A DNA stretch of 64,000 nt from Octopus vulgaris (lineage: Eukaryota), in NCBI GenBank assembly GCA_951406725.2, contig OX597828.1:16802001-16866000 (forward strand). Direction: 5' to 3'. Under the pieces are notes generated by a model that was not told the origin of the DNA, ran no database searches, and worked only from the letters and a program-made list of their open reading frames with translations. The position numbers and the translations under genes are program-made. Shown piece by piece: positions 1 through 13,747 of this stretch (positions are counted from its first letter, which is position 1; each line of letters begins with the position of its first letter).

Positions 1-179
1 AAGATATTTTACATACTGAAATCTTCTTACAATTAAAATTATAACTTGAAACTTACAATTGAAATCTTAAATCTTACTCACAATTAGAATTATAACTGTA
101 TAAATTACTCATTTGGAATGTTGAAAAAAAACCCCCAGTAACAAGGCATTTAAAAATATTCACGAGACGTGAGAAGTAA

Positions 180-720
180 GACAAATATACTGGAGATGCT
201 TTTCAGGTTTTTGCCTGAATGTTGTAAAAATTTTCTGTGGCTTCAATAATCAAGTGAAGGAAGTCAATGTTAAAATTGGTTCCCTCAGAAGAGAAGGCGG
301 GATGTTGGCTTCTAGAAGTTTGCTTCGGGAAATATTCTTGAATTATTGACTTCACATTTGCAAGACATAAGTGACGCAGATTTTTATAGAAAATGGTGCA
401 GCAGCAGAGAATATGAAAAGAACAAGGAATGGAAAGTAAAAGGAATATGAATAAACGAGAGTTATCTCAAAGGAAATAACAATGACGACAAAATAAATGG
501 ATAATAAATAAATAAAAAAGTGAGGAAAGAATTTGATCAATTTTTTTTTCTTCAGAATATAACGTTGGCCAAACAACGATTAATGGATCTGCATGCGAAT
601 GTCGACAGAAGTATGCTCGTTCACCGAGGTTAAGATATTCAAATGATTTGCTATCACAAAATGTATGAAGAAAAGAAAAAAGAAGGTTAAAACTATTCAA
701 GTAGCTCTTGATTTCTTGAT
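180..720 (+). pseudogene. Tigger/pogo (Tc1-mariner superfamily) transposase C-terminal relic
   Basis: Manual translation of ~553-720 gives QNITLAKQRLMDLHANVDRSMLVHRG*DIQMICYHKMYEEKKK..KTIQVALDFL, resembling the Tigger C-terminal pattern (NIE.AK.KMLE.DPN.ERSM...G......Y.K.Y.EKK..T.Q..LD.F). Contains a stop and frameshift; upstream part is more degenerate. Confidence 0.6.
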
Positions 721-779
721 AAAATTTTCTCTGAAAAATAAATGATTTACAGTAATTCTAAATTGATATTTTATTGTTC

Positions 780-795
780 TTGTTATTATTATTAA

Positions 796-875
<80 letters not shown>

Positions 876-919
876 CATCATCATCATCATCAACATTATT
901 ATTATTATTATTATTATTA

Positions 920-990
<71 letters not shown>
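780..990. repeat. Compound (ATT)n-(CAT)n-(ATT)n microsatellite
   Basis: Direct reading; source of the poly-L/S/H/Y ORF. Confidence 0.95.
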
Positions 991-1107
991 TTCAAGGATT
1001 AATTATAATTATTTCAATTGATTATTAAATTTGATTAATGCTGTTTTGATAAACACAGGAACATTGGGGTGATTAATTAATTGCGCTGCGCAAAAGAAAG
1101 TTGTATA

Positions 1108-1108
1108 C

Positions 1109-1139
<31 letters not shown>

Positions 1140-1349
1140 CATACATACATACATACATACATACATACATACGCACACACATACATACATAAATACATAC
1201 ATACATAAATACATAAATACATACATAAATACATACAAACACACATGTATATATACATATATAAACATATATATTTTATGTATATATATATATCTCTCTC
1301 TCTATCTATCTATCTCTCTATCTCTGTATCTATCTATCTATCTACCTAC

Positions 1350-1385
<36 letters not shown>

Positions 1386-1405
1386 TTATCTCTCTCTCTC
1401 TCTCT

Positions 1406-1467
<62 letters not shown>
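1108..1467. repeat. Compound (TACA)n/(TCTA)n/(TC)n/(TA)n microsatellite
   Basis: Direct reading. Confidence 0.95.
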
Positions 1468-1470
<3 letters not shown>

Positions 1471-1884
1471 TCTGTGTGTCTATACGTGCATCCATGTATG
1501 ATAGATTATGTGTATTTATATGTGAGTAATAATTATTGTAACCGAAAATATTGCGGCCCATAAGTTAATTTTGCAAAATTCTGCAGATTAAAGATAAACA
1601 TCTGTATATATGTATATATTATTGTTATATTAAAAGGAATATGGATGGGTCCGTGGGTCTATATAAGTCAATTATATACATCAAAAATTATGCAGCATTC
1701 AATGCATATATATACTGTAATATGTATTAGGATATAAATTAATACAACCCACGTATGTCCATTGTGGAGACTTGAAGTTGTAGGACTTGGGGCGTCATTT
1801 ATAAGAGAGAACCAATTATTTCTTCGTAGCATGAATAAATATTCCATATAATAAGCACACACACACTTCTATCTATCTATTTAC

Positions 1885-1931
<47 letters not shown>

Positions 1932-1955
1932 CACAGATGTACATACATAACATAA

Positions 1956-2002
<47 letters not shown>

Positions 2003-2046
2003 TACATTTATACATATATATATATATATATATAGATATATATATG

Positions 2047-2111
<65 letters not shown>

Positions 2112-2727
2112 GTATACACGTTTCTACGAGCCTCACGATTTTGCTTCGTTTAACGATCCTACGAGACTCAAAAATAACGCATAAAACGAGAAAACTCTTG
2201 CAGCTGTTTTTAGAATTGCTCTGTATATTGCACATTGGTCATCGAGCAAAGATTTCCATATATGCTAACCATACTGTATTCAGAGAGAAGGAATCAAAGA
2301 TCATCCTTAAATGCTATTGTTACCAATTCCATCGCAGAAGATTTAAGGAATGTCCTTAGTTACAGAAAATAGTAGTTACCACTGCCATTGTGCAAGAATT
2401 GAGGAGTAATTAAGAATTAATGATATTCCTTGATTCTTCCTCTCTGAAATGGTGAAATTCTTTACTCAATGGCCTATGCTCCATCCATATGCACAGTAAT
2501 TCTGGGAACGGCTTCTAGAGAGTTTATGAATTATTTCTTTATCCGTTATTTACTCTAATAACTTTGTAATACTGATTGAATTATGAAGTAAACACTCGAA
2601 AGTGATACCGCATATTTTGCTTATACATTCCTTCTTTATAATATATATCTACCTGCTCAATGATGAACCACTTCTAGCCATGATGAACACACACACACAC
2701 ACATATATATACACGTACATATATGTT

Positions 2728-2933
2728 GGCTGGCAGAAACGTTAGCACGCCGGGTGAAATATTTAGCAGTATTTCGTCTGTCTTTGTGTTCTGAGTTCAA
2801 ATTCCGCCGAAGTCGACTTCGCCTTTCATCCTTTCGGTATCGATAAATTAAGTAACAGATGCGTACTAGGGTCGATCTAATCGACGGGCCCCCCTCCCCC
2901 AAATTTCAGGCCTTGTACCTAGAGTAGAAAAAA
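2728..2933 (+). mobile_element. SINE family B (tRNA-like head plus Nin/Deu-like domain)
   Basis: GCTGGCAGAAACGTTAGCACGCCGGG...GAGTTCAAATTCCGCC (B-box-like)...GCCTTTCATCCTTTCGG..CGATAAATTAAGTA; matches copies at 30975, 36082, 42851, 43259. Confidence 0.85.
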
Positions 2934-2963
2934 TATATATCTGTCTGTCTGTCTGACTGTCTC

Positions 2964-3040
<77 letters not shown>

Positions 3041-3412
3041 ACACACACATACAGTTGTACATATGTATGCATGTCTATGCTGCCAGGCGTCACTGTCTTG
3101 GTAACATGTAAGATGCTCTTTTGTGTTATCAGTATCTACGTACAAACTAGTAGATATAGACAACATGTCTGCTCTCTTAACCTTGACCAAGTAGAACACC
3201 TAAGATATAAACCCCGAAGGGGACACGGTAAAACTACCACAGGGCAGGTACAGGCTAGAGCTAAGTAAACCATATCAGCGCCAGTGTAATGCCTTCCTTT
3301 GGGATACAATTCGCCTTCCGGTACACGAAGACAACGCATCACCTTATGATGAGATGGCAGTTTTGCGACAACTAATCAAATATTTATTTTATTTTATTTA
3401 ACTAACAGGCGT

Positions 3413-4140
3413 ATGTATGGCTACATCTTAAAACTACTTGATTTCCAATTACGGTGGCCAAGACTCATCCCCCCTGCACAGAATTTTGTGCATGTGTCTT
3501 CTACTGTAGGCAAGGCCGACAAAAGCTTTGTCAGAGAATTTTGTAGATAGAAACTGTGAGGTAGCCAGCCAGTGTAGTCGTTTCACGATCGTAAAGTCGT
3601 GAGTTCAATATTTGGCAATGCGTTTGTCCTTGTGCAAGACACTTTATTTCACGTTGCTCCAGTCCACCCAGCCGGCATACATGAATAGTATCTGTATTTC
3701 AAAGGGCCAACCTTGTCACATTTTTTGTCATGCTGAACCTTCCCAAGAACTACGTCAAGTGCAAACGTGTCTGTGGAGTGCTCGGCGACATGCAAGTTAA
3801 TTTCACGAGCAATTTGTTCCGTTGATCGGGTCAACGGGAACCCGCGTCGTCGTAACCGACGGAATGCCAGATATGTATATATATATATATATATATAAAT
3901 ATGTGTGTGTTTGTGTATGTATGTATGTGTGTATGTGTTTGTGTGTATATAAGTGTTTTTCTTTGTTATTGTTTTTATTCGCCATCTACGTGTGACAACC
4001 CGTGTTGGTTTATTTACATTTCGGTAACGTAGCGCTTCGACAAACCAGACCGAGAGAATAACTACTGGTTTTATATGATCGACTAAAATTCTCCAAGTTA
4101 TTCCCTCAAGAAGACTGCAATGACTTAACAAAGAAAATGA
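3413..4140 (+). mobile_element. Degenerate SINE family A interrupted by a family C SINE
   Basis: 5' half (GTGTCTTCTACTGTAG..GGCCGACAAAAGCTTTGT..GTAGATAGAAACTG) and 3' half (GACAACCCGTGTTGGT..CCGAGAGAATAACTACT) flank the insert. Confidence 0.6.
3570..3870 (+). mobile_element. SINE family C
   Basis: GTCGTGAGTTCAAT..GTCCTTGTGCAAGACACTTTATTTCACGTTGCTCCAGTCCAC..GTCGTCGTAACCGACGGA; homologous to 48699-49016. Confidence 0.85.
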
Positions 4141-4544
4141 ATGAACCAAAAGAAAAGAACGAAACATAAAAATGAACATCTCTGAATAAATGATTTGAAG
4201 CTGGGCATGTAATAATCGTTAATAGAAACGCCATTGTAAACTGATGCCGGAGTGGAAATGCTTTTGTCCGACCTTGAGACCTTGAGCGGTTTAGTGAGTT
4301 TAAAATGGCGAAAATTTTTTGAATATGGTGTTTCGTGGAAAATTTGAAGTTGTAAAGTAACTTAAAATTGTTAAATTATTACATTCTTTGCATCGTTAGC
4401 GGTTCATCTCTGCTTCCTTCATAACAACATGAGATAAGGCTTCAAGAAACCATGTATATTTTTAGTATTCTCACATACACACAAAAATACACTCATTTAT
4501 ACCCTTATATGTAAATGTATACATGTTATGCAGACATATGCATC

Positions 4545-4577
<33 letters not shown>

Positions 4578-4680
4578 TGTATATAAATATGTTCGTGCAT
4601 CCGTATTTCTGTGTGCGCATCTAATTAAATTCAGAATATTGCATATTGCAATATATACATAATATACATATACATATACA

Positions 4681-4756
<76 letters not shown>

Positions 4757-5516
4757 TATATATATATATGTATATACATATACATATATATATATATACG
4801 TACATACAAACATACATAAATACATACATATATAGTAGGGAAAGAAAACATAACCTTGTGTATGCGCATGCGTTGGAGAGAGTGATGGGAGTGGGAAGAG
4901 TAGTAAAACAGGGAGAGTAAGCGATATATATGAAAGACTTTAGTTCTCATGTTTTTCTTTTTCTACCTAATTTTCGAATCCTTGTTAAGCCGTCAGCTAC
5001 GAATGCTAAGTAAATTGAAACGCTTCCGTTCTTATCGCAGGCAGGTAACATAACTCTCAGAATCCACATAGGATCTGCATATTTAAAAGAATGATTAACT
5101 CGAAGAGGGAAAGGGCAACAGATTAGATTTCTGAAGCAAAGATAAAACGAGTTTTGTTGAGAGTATCATGAAGAATAAAAAAAAAATGATAAAGAAATAT
5201 AAGGCTTCAATAACGCAGCTAAAAGATTAAATAGTATATAAGACTAATAATGGGAAGTCTGTACCAAGAAAGAAAATAGTGACAAAGTTTTCTAGTGATT
5301 AAAACTGATATAATCAGAATAAAAGCCGAAGCTAAATATCAAAGTTTATAATTTTGTGTACAGTGAATATCGTTTAAGTAAAGTAACCAGTTTGTTGATT
5401 GCTAGTACTTTCGTAATGAACTGGTACGAATGTATGTATGTATGTATGTATGTACGCATGTATGTATGTATCTCTATGTATGTATGTATGTATGAATGTA
5501 TATATGTATGTATGTA

Positions 5517-5547
<31 letters not shown>

Positions 5548-5589
5548 ATATATATATACGTATGTACGTATGCATGTATGTATGTTATG

Positions 5590-5631
<42 letters not shown>

Positions 5632-5779
5632 GTGTAAAATATATACATGTATATAAATACAGATGTATATGCATATTTATACATATATATATACACACAT
5701 ATATACATACATATATGTATATATATATATAGATAGATAGATAGAAATATACATGTATTATATACATGTATATATTTCA

Positions 5780-5832
<53 letters not shown>

Positions 5833-6269
5833 AAGAGAGACATATATATGTACGTATGTATATACATATGTTGGTGAGTGTGTATGTGTACGTATATAAG
5901 TGTGTGTGTGTGTATATGTGTGGGAATTGTATACGGTCCACGAAATACTTATCAGCTTCAGTGTGATTCATTACTGATCAATTGCATCTGCTAAAAGTAC
6001 AAAATGTCGCCAGGTTTTACGCGAACTAGAGATAACACATGTGGGGGTGGGGCAGCTAATATCGTTCTCGGACAACGAAATACACCAGCCAATTTCTCTC
6101 GGGAATCATATGCAAACATTTCACAAAACAAGGACACTTTGAATAATTCCTTCCTGGGCAAACTGTAACGAACAAAATTCAGGAGAGCAACGAGTGGGAA
6201 GTCTTTGATCTGAAGTCACAGTAATGGGAGATGAATTATGTTTAAAATTCGGTGTTTCCGCGTTTAAGT

Positions 6270-7600
6270 ATTATTGTTTATTTAGCTTGAGTTGGAATCT
6301 TTATATATAAAACTAAAGTTGTATGTCTGTCTCCTACGATATAGATTCCTAACTACTCCCACATTTTGCGGTGAAGTTTAACCAAAACCGGGTATCTTAT
6401 AGTCGCGATTCATATCGAGCCCTTCTGGGTATTAGCGCGCGTCTACGATGAGTCTACGATTAAAAAAAATACCATAATTTTTTTCCATTTTAATGCATTT
6501 TTTTCGCTATTATATAAGGGAAGTAACTCTCTAAAAATGTCTACGATAAGTCAACGATTTAAAAAAAAATTTACCATAATTTTTTTTCCATTTTTAATGC
6601 ATTTTTTTGCTATTTTTTGGCTATAACTCTCTAAAAATGCTTATATAGTTATTTTCTTTACAAACCCGAGCAACGTCGGGCGATACTGCTAGTTTATTAA
6701 TAAAGTTCTTTTCTCTGATTTTTCTCTCAATTTTCACTTGGACTGTGTAGTTTGTGGAATGGAAATACTATAAATATTTTCCGACCGAATGTTGCTAGGT
6801 GGTTACTCAAAGGTGTCTGACGGACATCTGGGTCTCTAATGTGCGGTTAGTGCACACGGGAACATTCTGATCGTGCATTTCCAGTCTGACCCACATATGG
6901 TTCTTCATAATTCGGGCATCTGATGCGAAAAATTAAATTTCTACTTTTGCCGTTCATATTTGAGTCTGTGAATATTTTACGGTCTTTGTATTCATATATT
7001 AGCCGGTATGTATGAATTAGCATGTGACATATAGGCTATCATTGCAATTAGATACAGTGAATGATTGGTCTTTATTGCTAAGGTCAAACTTTGCCTTTGT
7101 TAATAACCTTTTCAAGATTTTAGGCTGTATTTTACTAAGAACCATAGCTCGATCTGTGATGGTATATTTTAATTCATTACTTTGGGCAATGATTGGTAAG
7201 TTTGCTTTGGCAATGTTGAAGATATTCTGGTGAAATAGGTTGTGTGTTGCTATAAATAGTATGACTTGTTCCAGTTTTCTTTATCTTTGAGTTGTCCTCA
7301 GTTGTTGTAGTGGTATTTTTATAGCCCGCTGTATGTAATTTTCTTTAAGTAGAGACGGGTATATGTGTTTGAGCAAAAATTCTCTTAGTGCTGTTAGGCG
7401 TTTGTTCATGATATGTGCATCTTCTACAATGATACAAATTCTTCTGGCTAGTTAGTATAGGATGTTACGTTTTGTATGTGGCGGATGGCATGACTTAAAA
7501 TCCAGGTATTGATGCGTCTCCGTGTGTTTGTAGTATATACCTGTGGTAATGGTGGTGACATCTTAAATTACCATTATATCTAGGAATTGTAATTTGTAAA
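6270..7600 (-). pseudogene. Penelope-like element RT C-terminus plus GIY-YIG endonuclease pseudogene, interrupted by the Helitron
   Basis: Minus-strand translation: LQFLDIMVI*..ITTGIYYKHTETHQYLDFKSCHPPHTKRNILY*LARRICIIV (PLE RT end/thumb), SRNLIFRIRCPNYEEPYVGQTG..RVH*PHIRDP..PLSNHL..FIVFPFHKL (GIY-YIG), ending RKIREKNFINK|FQLKLNKQ*. Confidence 0.85.
6298..6692 (+). mobile_element. Non-autonomous Helitron
   Basis: 5' TC(TTTATATATAAAAC); subterminal hairpin CCCGA-GCAACG-TCGGG; 3' CTAG; inserted between A(6297) and T(6693) without TSD; internal ~70-bp direct repeat (6441-6510 vs 6539-6614). Confidence 0.85.
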
Positions 7601-7800
7601 TTGGAGAGATGGGTGTAGGTTGTTCAGGAGGATATTGAACTCTTCCAGAGTATATAGAGAGTCTAGATATCCCATTACAGATTATTTGGATAGGTAGAAC
7701 ATCAACTCTACCGAGATGTAGAGGAAAGCCATAGCACTGGATTTAGAAATTGTTGTTAAAAGGCATGGAAGTGAAACCTTGATTGTTTCATAATAAATAT

Positions 7801-8124
7801 TCTTTTATTCTTTTACTTGTTTCAATCGACTGCGACCATGCTGGAGCACCGCCTTTAGTCGAGCAAATCAACCCCAGGACTTATTCTTTGTAAGCCTAGT
7901 ACTTATTCTATCCGTCCCTTTTTCTGAACCGCTAAGTTACAGGGACGTAACCACACCACCATCGGTTGTCAAACGATGTTGGGGGACAAGCACATGCATC
8001 CAAAAAACACAAATAAAGTTATATATATGACCGTCTTCTTTCAGTTTTCTTCTACCAAATCTATTCACAAGGCTTTGGTCGGGCCAAGGCTATAGTAGAA
8101 AACACTTGCCCAAGGCGCCACGCC
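7801..8124 (-). mobile_element. SINE family A, 5'-truncated
   Basis: TTTTACTTGTTTCA..CCATGCTGGAGCACCGCC..ACACTTGCCCAAGG, shared with more than 12 copies in the window. Confidence 0.9.
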
Positions 8125-8235
8125 TATAAAAAAAAGGCTAATGAGTGTATATGTAATTTTTCGTGGTATTTTGACCCTTCGTCAGCACCCATCTAACATA
8201 TACATGCATATATATATACATACATATATATATAT

Positions 8236-8514
8236 CACGTGACCACGTGACTGAGCAGACCATCTGATGTTGTTACACATCGCTGATCACAATGCGATCG
8301 CATTGTTTTAGCCTTCGAATGACGCCACCCCGCTGGCTAAGCGAGTAGGCTAACAGAAGAAAGAGTGAGAAAGAGAGTGGTGAAAGAGTACAGCAGAGAT
8401 CACCACTCACTGCCGGAGCCTCGTGGAGCTTTTAGGTGTTTTCGCTCAATAAACACTCACAACGCCCGGTCTAGGAATCGAAACCGCGATCCTAACCACT
8501 GGGCCATTGCGCCT

Positions 8515-8516
<2 letters not shown>
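8236..8516 (-). mobile_element. SINE family D, flanked by (TA)n
   Basis: Minus head GGAGGCGCAATGGCCCAGTGGTTAGG..GGTTTCGATTCC; homologous to 16594-16860. Confidence 0.85.
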
Positions 8517-8566
<50 letters not shown>

Positions 8567-8636
8567 GTATATGTAACGATAGATAGATAGATGTAGAAAT
8601 ATTCTATGAGCATGCGTATGTTTATAAACCTACCCG

Positions 8637-8675
<39 letters not shown>

Positions 8676-10326
8676 TCACACACACACACACACGCGTGCT
8701 TTCTCGTCTTTATTCTGCTATTGCTTTCAGGTGAGTGAAAATTAATAACTTACAAGAAACTATATTAGAAGCGGAAATATCAAGGATTAAACCAAACTTT
8801 GATCAGCAATACGCAGGCCTTATCATATTGAATACGAACGAATAGAAATGCTAAATCAACCAAAGTGTGATTTGAACTTGGAATAAAAATGTTAAAATTC
8901 CACCACCTTATCAGCTGTGCCACTCCGTAATTTGATAAGTGAAATAAACAAATAAATAAAGAAAAAATGATAATTTGTAACTTTGTTAGGAAAGAAAACA
9001 AAAATTTAAAAAATAATGTATTTTTAGGTGGGGATCGATCGAATCGATATCAGTACTTGACTTGTATTGATTATATTGACAGAAGAAAGATGAAAGGTTA
9101 TGTCAAATTTGGAGGTGTTGTTGTTGTTAAGACCCGGGTCAGCACTGATCAAACAGACCTTTGATCAAAGACATTGCAGCTGTTGCCTTTCTTTCTTGTA
9201 TTTTTTTTTCTATATTAGAGAAATACATTCACTAACGTGTTCATTCATTTGCTTCAAGACCACAGGACCTGATTAAAAGCTGTTTGGGTTGTTATTTCTA
9301 ACAGACAGATCAACCACATAGGAGTTCCTATGTTGGTTCATTTCGATAACATTTTAACCGAAATCAGTAATGAAAAATACACATCATATTAGACGGAATA
9401 TGAATCGCAAATTTCTCTCCCTAGCAGCAGGTATTTAGAGGGAATTTGCCAGGACAGTCAGTCGCCCGCCACGTCAAAACGGTAGAGGAATAGGGGTCGA
9501 AACCGAACGTGGTTCCTCCTGGTGATGTTTGAGCTAACTGGATCCTATAAAGGAGCTGTTGTGGTAGCAGACCACGAAACACGGTTGAAATTCTTCCTAC
9601 ACATCATATTAGACGGCATATGAAACGCAAATTTTTCTCCCCTTCCAGAACTACGTCACAAAATTATCCTTGCTCCCATATAGGAAGCTGGGCCGCTTAT
9701 AAGCTTAAACAATTCGCTTTCTTTTCAAATGTGTTGCTGAAATTGAGGTGCGGCTAATATATGCCTGTTCACCTTTTATGCCATCAAATATGTTAAGTAA
9801 ATATTGGGTTCTAATAGAAGCAGAAGTTCACACGGTATAGGGAAGGACATAAATCGATTATACCGTTCTGGAGTCTTTTTAATGGCGCTATTGGTTTATC
9901 GACCGCGGGGGAATGAATGACAAACATCACCTTAGTGAGATCTCAGCACAGAATAGAATGAAATGGTACTAAATATGTTATCCAGAAGCTGAGTTCCACC
10001 AGGAAGCCAATACGAAGTCACTTGACATGTTAAAAAGAGCAGCCAACTTTTCCGCATACCACATCTCGGCGTCGCAGAAGACGATTTATGGAGAAGTGAT
10101 TAAAATCACAATTGCAACAGTAACGTTTGTATTTATTTTCATTACGTTGAATGGAACGCGAATATATGATCACGTTGGTTTCCGTCATCGGAGGACGTAT
10201 CCTCTCTTTTAACGATGTTTATTTGTAAAATATTCAATCCACTACGAGATTTCGATCTTTTCGTGAGTTCCTCCTGAATCAAAGCAAGCACGAGCCGATG
10301 TATCTAACAAGACTACCGGTTCTTGT

Positions 10327-10560
10327 TTACTCTCTTTTACTTGTTTCAGCCATTTGACTCTGTGGCCATGCTGGAGCACCGCCTTTAGTCGAGCAAATCG
10401 ACCCCAGGACTTATTCTTTGTAAGCCTAGTACTTATTCTATCGGTCTCTTTTGCCGAACGGCTAAATTACTGGGATGTAAACACACCAGCATCGGTTGTC
10501 AACCGACGTTGGGGGGACAAACACAGACGTACAAACATACACACACACATACATATACAT

Positions 10561-10595
<35 letters not shown>

Positions 10596-10612
10596 CATAC
10601 ACATATATATAT

Positions 10613-10673
<61 letters not shown>

Positions 10674-10843
10674 CATATATACGACAGGGTTCTTTCAGTT
10701 GCCGTCTACCAAATCCAATCACAAGGCTTTGGTCGGTCCGAGGCTATAGTAGAGAACACATGTCCAAGGTGGCACGCAGTGGACTGAACCCGGAATCATG
10801 TGGTACGTAAGCAAGCTACTTACCACACAGCCACTGCTTCGCC
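10327..10843 (-). mobile_element. SINE family A, full length, with internal (CA)n(TA)n
   Basis: Family A head and tail both present. Confidence 0.9.
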
Positions 10844-11454
10844 AATAGAATCAGCAAGCAAGTTATTTGCTGATGCGTACTCACACACGTCTGCCAAACA
10901 TATACTTGCTATTTATTCTTAATACGTTCTAGCAGATTTCAACGCAAATATCAGACGGCTGTTGTTCAGTGGTTTCGGAGAATGACGTCTGGGGAGACAA
11001 ACAATGCTATCGAGCCACTGCAGCGTCTGAAATTCCCCTTATATTGGGGGAATCCTGTGTGTTATGAACACGAATCTTCTAAATAGGAGGGAGGTATTCT
11101 CTGACGAGTAAAACCAACAGTGACTAGATGTTCACGTTTGTATCTTTCAGGATGATTTAAGAATGATTGGATACAGTACTGATTGGGTTCCGGCTGCTCT
11201 GCGGAAATCGCAGAAAAACTAAAGAATAGTCATGGCTGCACTCCTTTTAGTAAGAAATATCTGTATGAAGATTTGACCTGGGGCGTAAACAACAAACTCT
11301 TCGGGAAATTCCTTCGGTGTCCTACCGTTTATACCACTATACAAAAGGATGAAATTTCCTTTCTGACCCATAAGATCATAGAATCGGTTCCTCGGAATAT
11401 GTTACGTAAATATTCCTCCCCTGAATGGGACAAAGGCCCGCATCAGGGTTACTT

Positions 11455-11580
11455 ATTTTTATGAACCCAGTGGACTGGAACAACGTGAAATGAAGTGTTT
11501 TGCTCAAGAACATAACGCAGAGCCTTATCCAAGAATTGAAACCAAAATCCAGCAACGTAACCACTCATCTACGCGCCACC
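11455..11580 (-). mobile_element. SINE family C-type head fragment
   Basis: GTGGACTGGAACAACGTGAAATGAAGTGTTTTGCTCAAGAACA..GAATTGAAACC. Confidence 0.65.
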
Positions 11581-12182
11581 TTATGACACTGTAAAACACT
11601 ATATATATATGTATATGTATGCGTGTGTGTTTCGTGTGTTTTTGTGTGTGTGTGTGTGTGAGTGTGTGTGCGTGCGTACGTATGTATGTAGCTATTTACT
11701 ATGTAGGATATGCAGTCTGTTGTTCTATGGCTGCTGCCATATGATTCGATAAAAGACAAACCGGATCTCCACATTCGAGTCTGTCAATGGAACATTAGGA
11801 ACAGAAAATTGATTTCTGAATAGTTAGAGTGTTTTTGATATTTAAAAGTCGAACTGCTAATTATTGGACTTGCATATGCACATGCACACGTATGAGATGC
11901 GATCCTGCAAACTTCAAATCTATGAAATACCCCTCACGAAAAGCTATTTTAGAAGATACCTAACCTATACGCAATGGAGAAAAATCGAACTCAGAAACAT
12001 ATTGTTATGGAGAGAAATTCTTAATCACGTAGCCATCCTGTCCCTTATTATAACATATAATACATCATAAAAAGATTCAGATTGCAGATTGTAAAATGCA
12101 ATTGTTCATAATTTCATTTAGCTTCTCACTTTTAAAATTGAATTATATGTGTGTGTGTGTGTATATGAGGACATATACATAT

Positions 12183-12229
<47 letters not shown>

Positions 12230-12256
12230 GTGTGTGTATATATATATATGAAAATC

Positions 12257-12291
<35 letters not shown>

Positions 12292-12821
12292 CACTCATAT
12301 AATATATATGTATGTATGTATGTGTGTATGTTTCTGTCTGCATGTGTTTGTATATATGTGTGTGCGTGCTTCTGTTGTGTGTGTGTGTGCCAGTGTGTTT
12401 GTGTACAAAAGAGAAATTAGTACCGAAATAATAATCTGAAACTATAGGTTTTAACACCTTAAGAGAATAAATATATTTCCGCGTTTTGTAGAAAAGAATG
12501 AAAATGTGAATTAAAGTAAGGTTTATTAAATTTTCAACCTTGATCTTATATCTCATAGGTAATTTACATCAAAAATGAAGGTTTGGAATTTAAATATAAT
12601 TATTGCAGAGAGTATTTTTTAAAAATTTTATTTAATTGCTTACGCTTGTTCCAGATTTTATCATATATTCTTATCTGAGACTCAAGATTAGCCTATATAA
12701 TAGGCTGTCAGTAATTACTAAGCATATATGCATATATGCACGTATGCATGTGTGTGTGTGCATTACATATATTCAAGTATATATGTATATATGTTCGTAT
12801 CCATATATGTGCATATATATG

Positions 12822-12866
<45 letters not shown>

Positions 12867-13014
12867 TATACATATATATATATATATATATAAGTAGATA
12901 TATGTACGCATGTACATATATATTATATATATTTATATATGTATGTATATATATTATAAATATTACATGTTATATATATATATGTGTGTGTGGTTTTCTA
13001 TCTATTTATCTATA

Positions 13015-13051
<37 letters not shown>

Positions 13052-13747
13052 TATGGGTGAAGTTCACGCTACTTGAATCGTTACTCTGAGTTTCATGCTT
13101 GTGGTTGCTGAAGTACCTGTTGTGCAGAAATTGCACGAGAGATTAGACAAAATATATTGCAAAGCATATCGATACAGAATTAGTTAGCATAACATCGAAA
13201 TTTCTAGAAAAAGCTCCAAACCCCGAAATGTTGTAAAAGGCGTGAAATTTTTGTGTATAATCTTTCTCCATACGTGAAATGGAAAAAACTGCTTTTGTTG
13301 ATGGATTCTTTGAGTTAATGAATAAATGAATATTTTTGTCATACAGAACTATGTCTCAAGGTATGAAAAATCAATTATATAGGAAATAAAATTGGTTAGT
13401 TGGAAATTCCTGAATAAATATTAATGAACGTGTTAGAAGAATTTATCAATTCAAATATTTTGCTCAAAATCTCAATAGGCTGGAATAGAATGTCATGCTT
13501 ATCTGAGAGACACAGATTGCACTTTAGGGAAGCATTAATGTAGAATAATACGTATACTTACATAAACCAATCAATTTTAGAGGTATTAATATTATAATTC
13601 TGTTTGGATCTGTTAGTAAAGAACAAAACCAGTAAAATAATCACTTTTGTGCAAATGGTCATATGACCACACTCTCGTTGTGGTTATACACTCTTCAAGA
13701 AATAGCAGCTTAATCTATATCTATTTACATCATAAAATCTTAAATGC

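Noticed and set aside
556-628. Apparent exon with strong acceptor TTTTTTTTTCTTCAG and donor GTTAAG
   Set aside because: The peptide similarity continues past the donor as a Tigger transposase C-terminus, so a transposon relic explains it; exonisation is not excluded.
8159-8185. Minus-strand CTGACGA-AGGGT..ACCAC-GAAA hammerhead-like motif
   Set aside because: Stem II is imperfect and stems I and III are absent; at best a decayed copy.
11151-11222. Acceptor-like TTTGTATCTTTCAG followed by DDLRMIGYSTDWVPAALRKSQKN*
   Set aside because: Short, unrecognised and without a supporting upstream exon.
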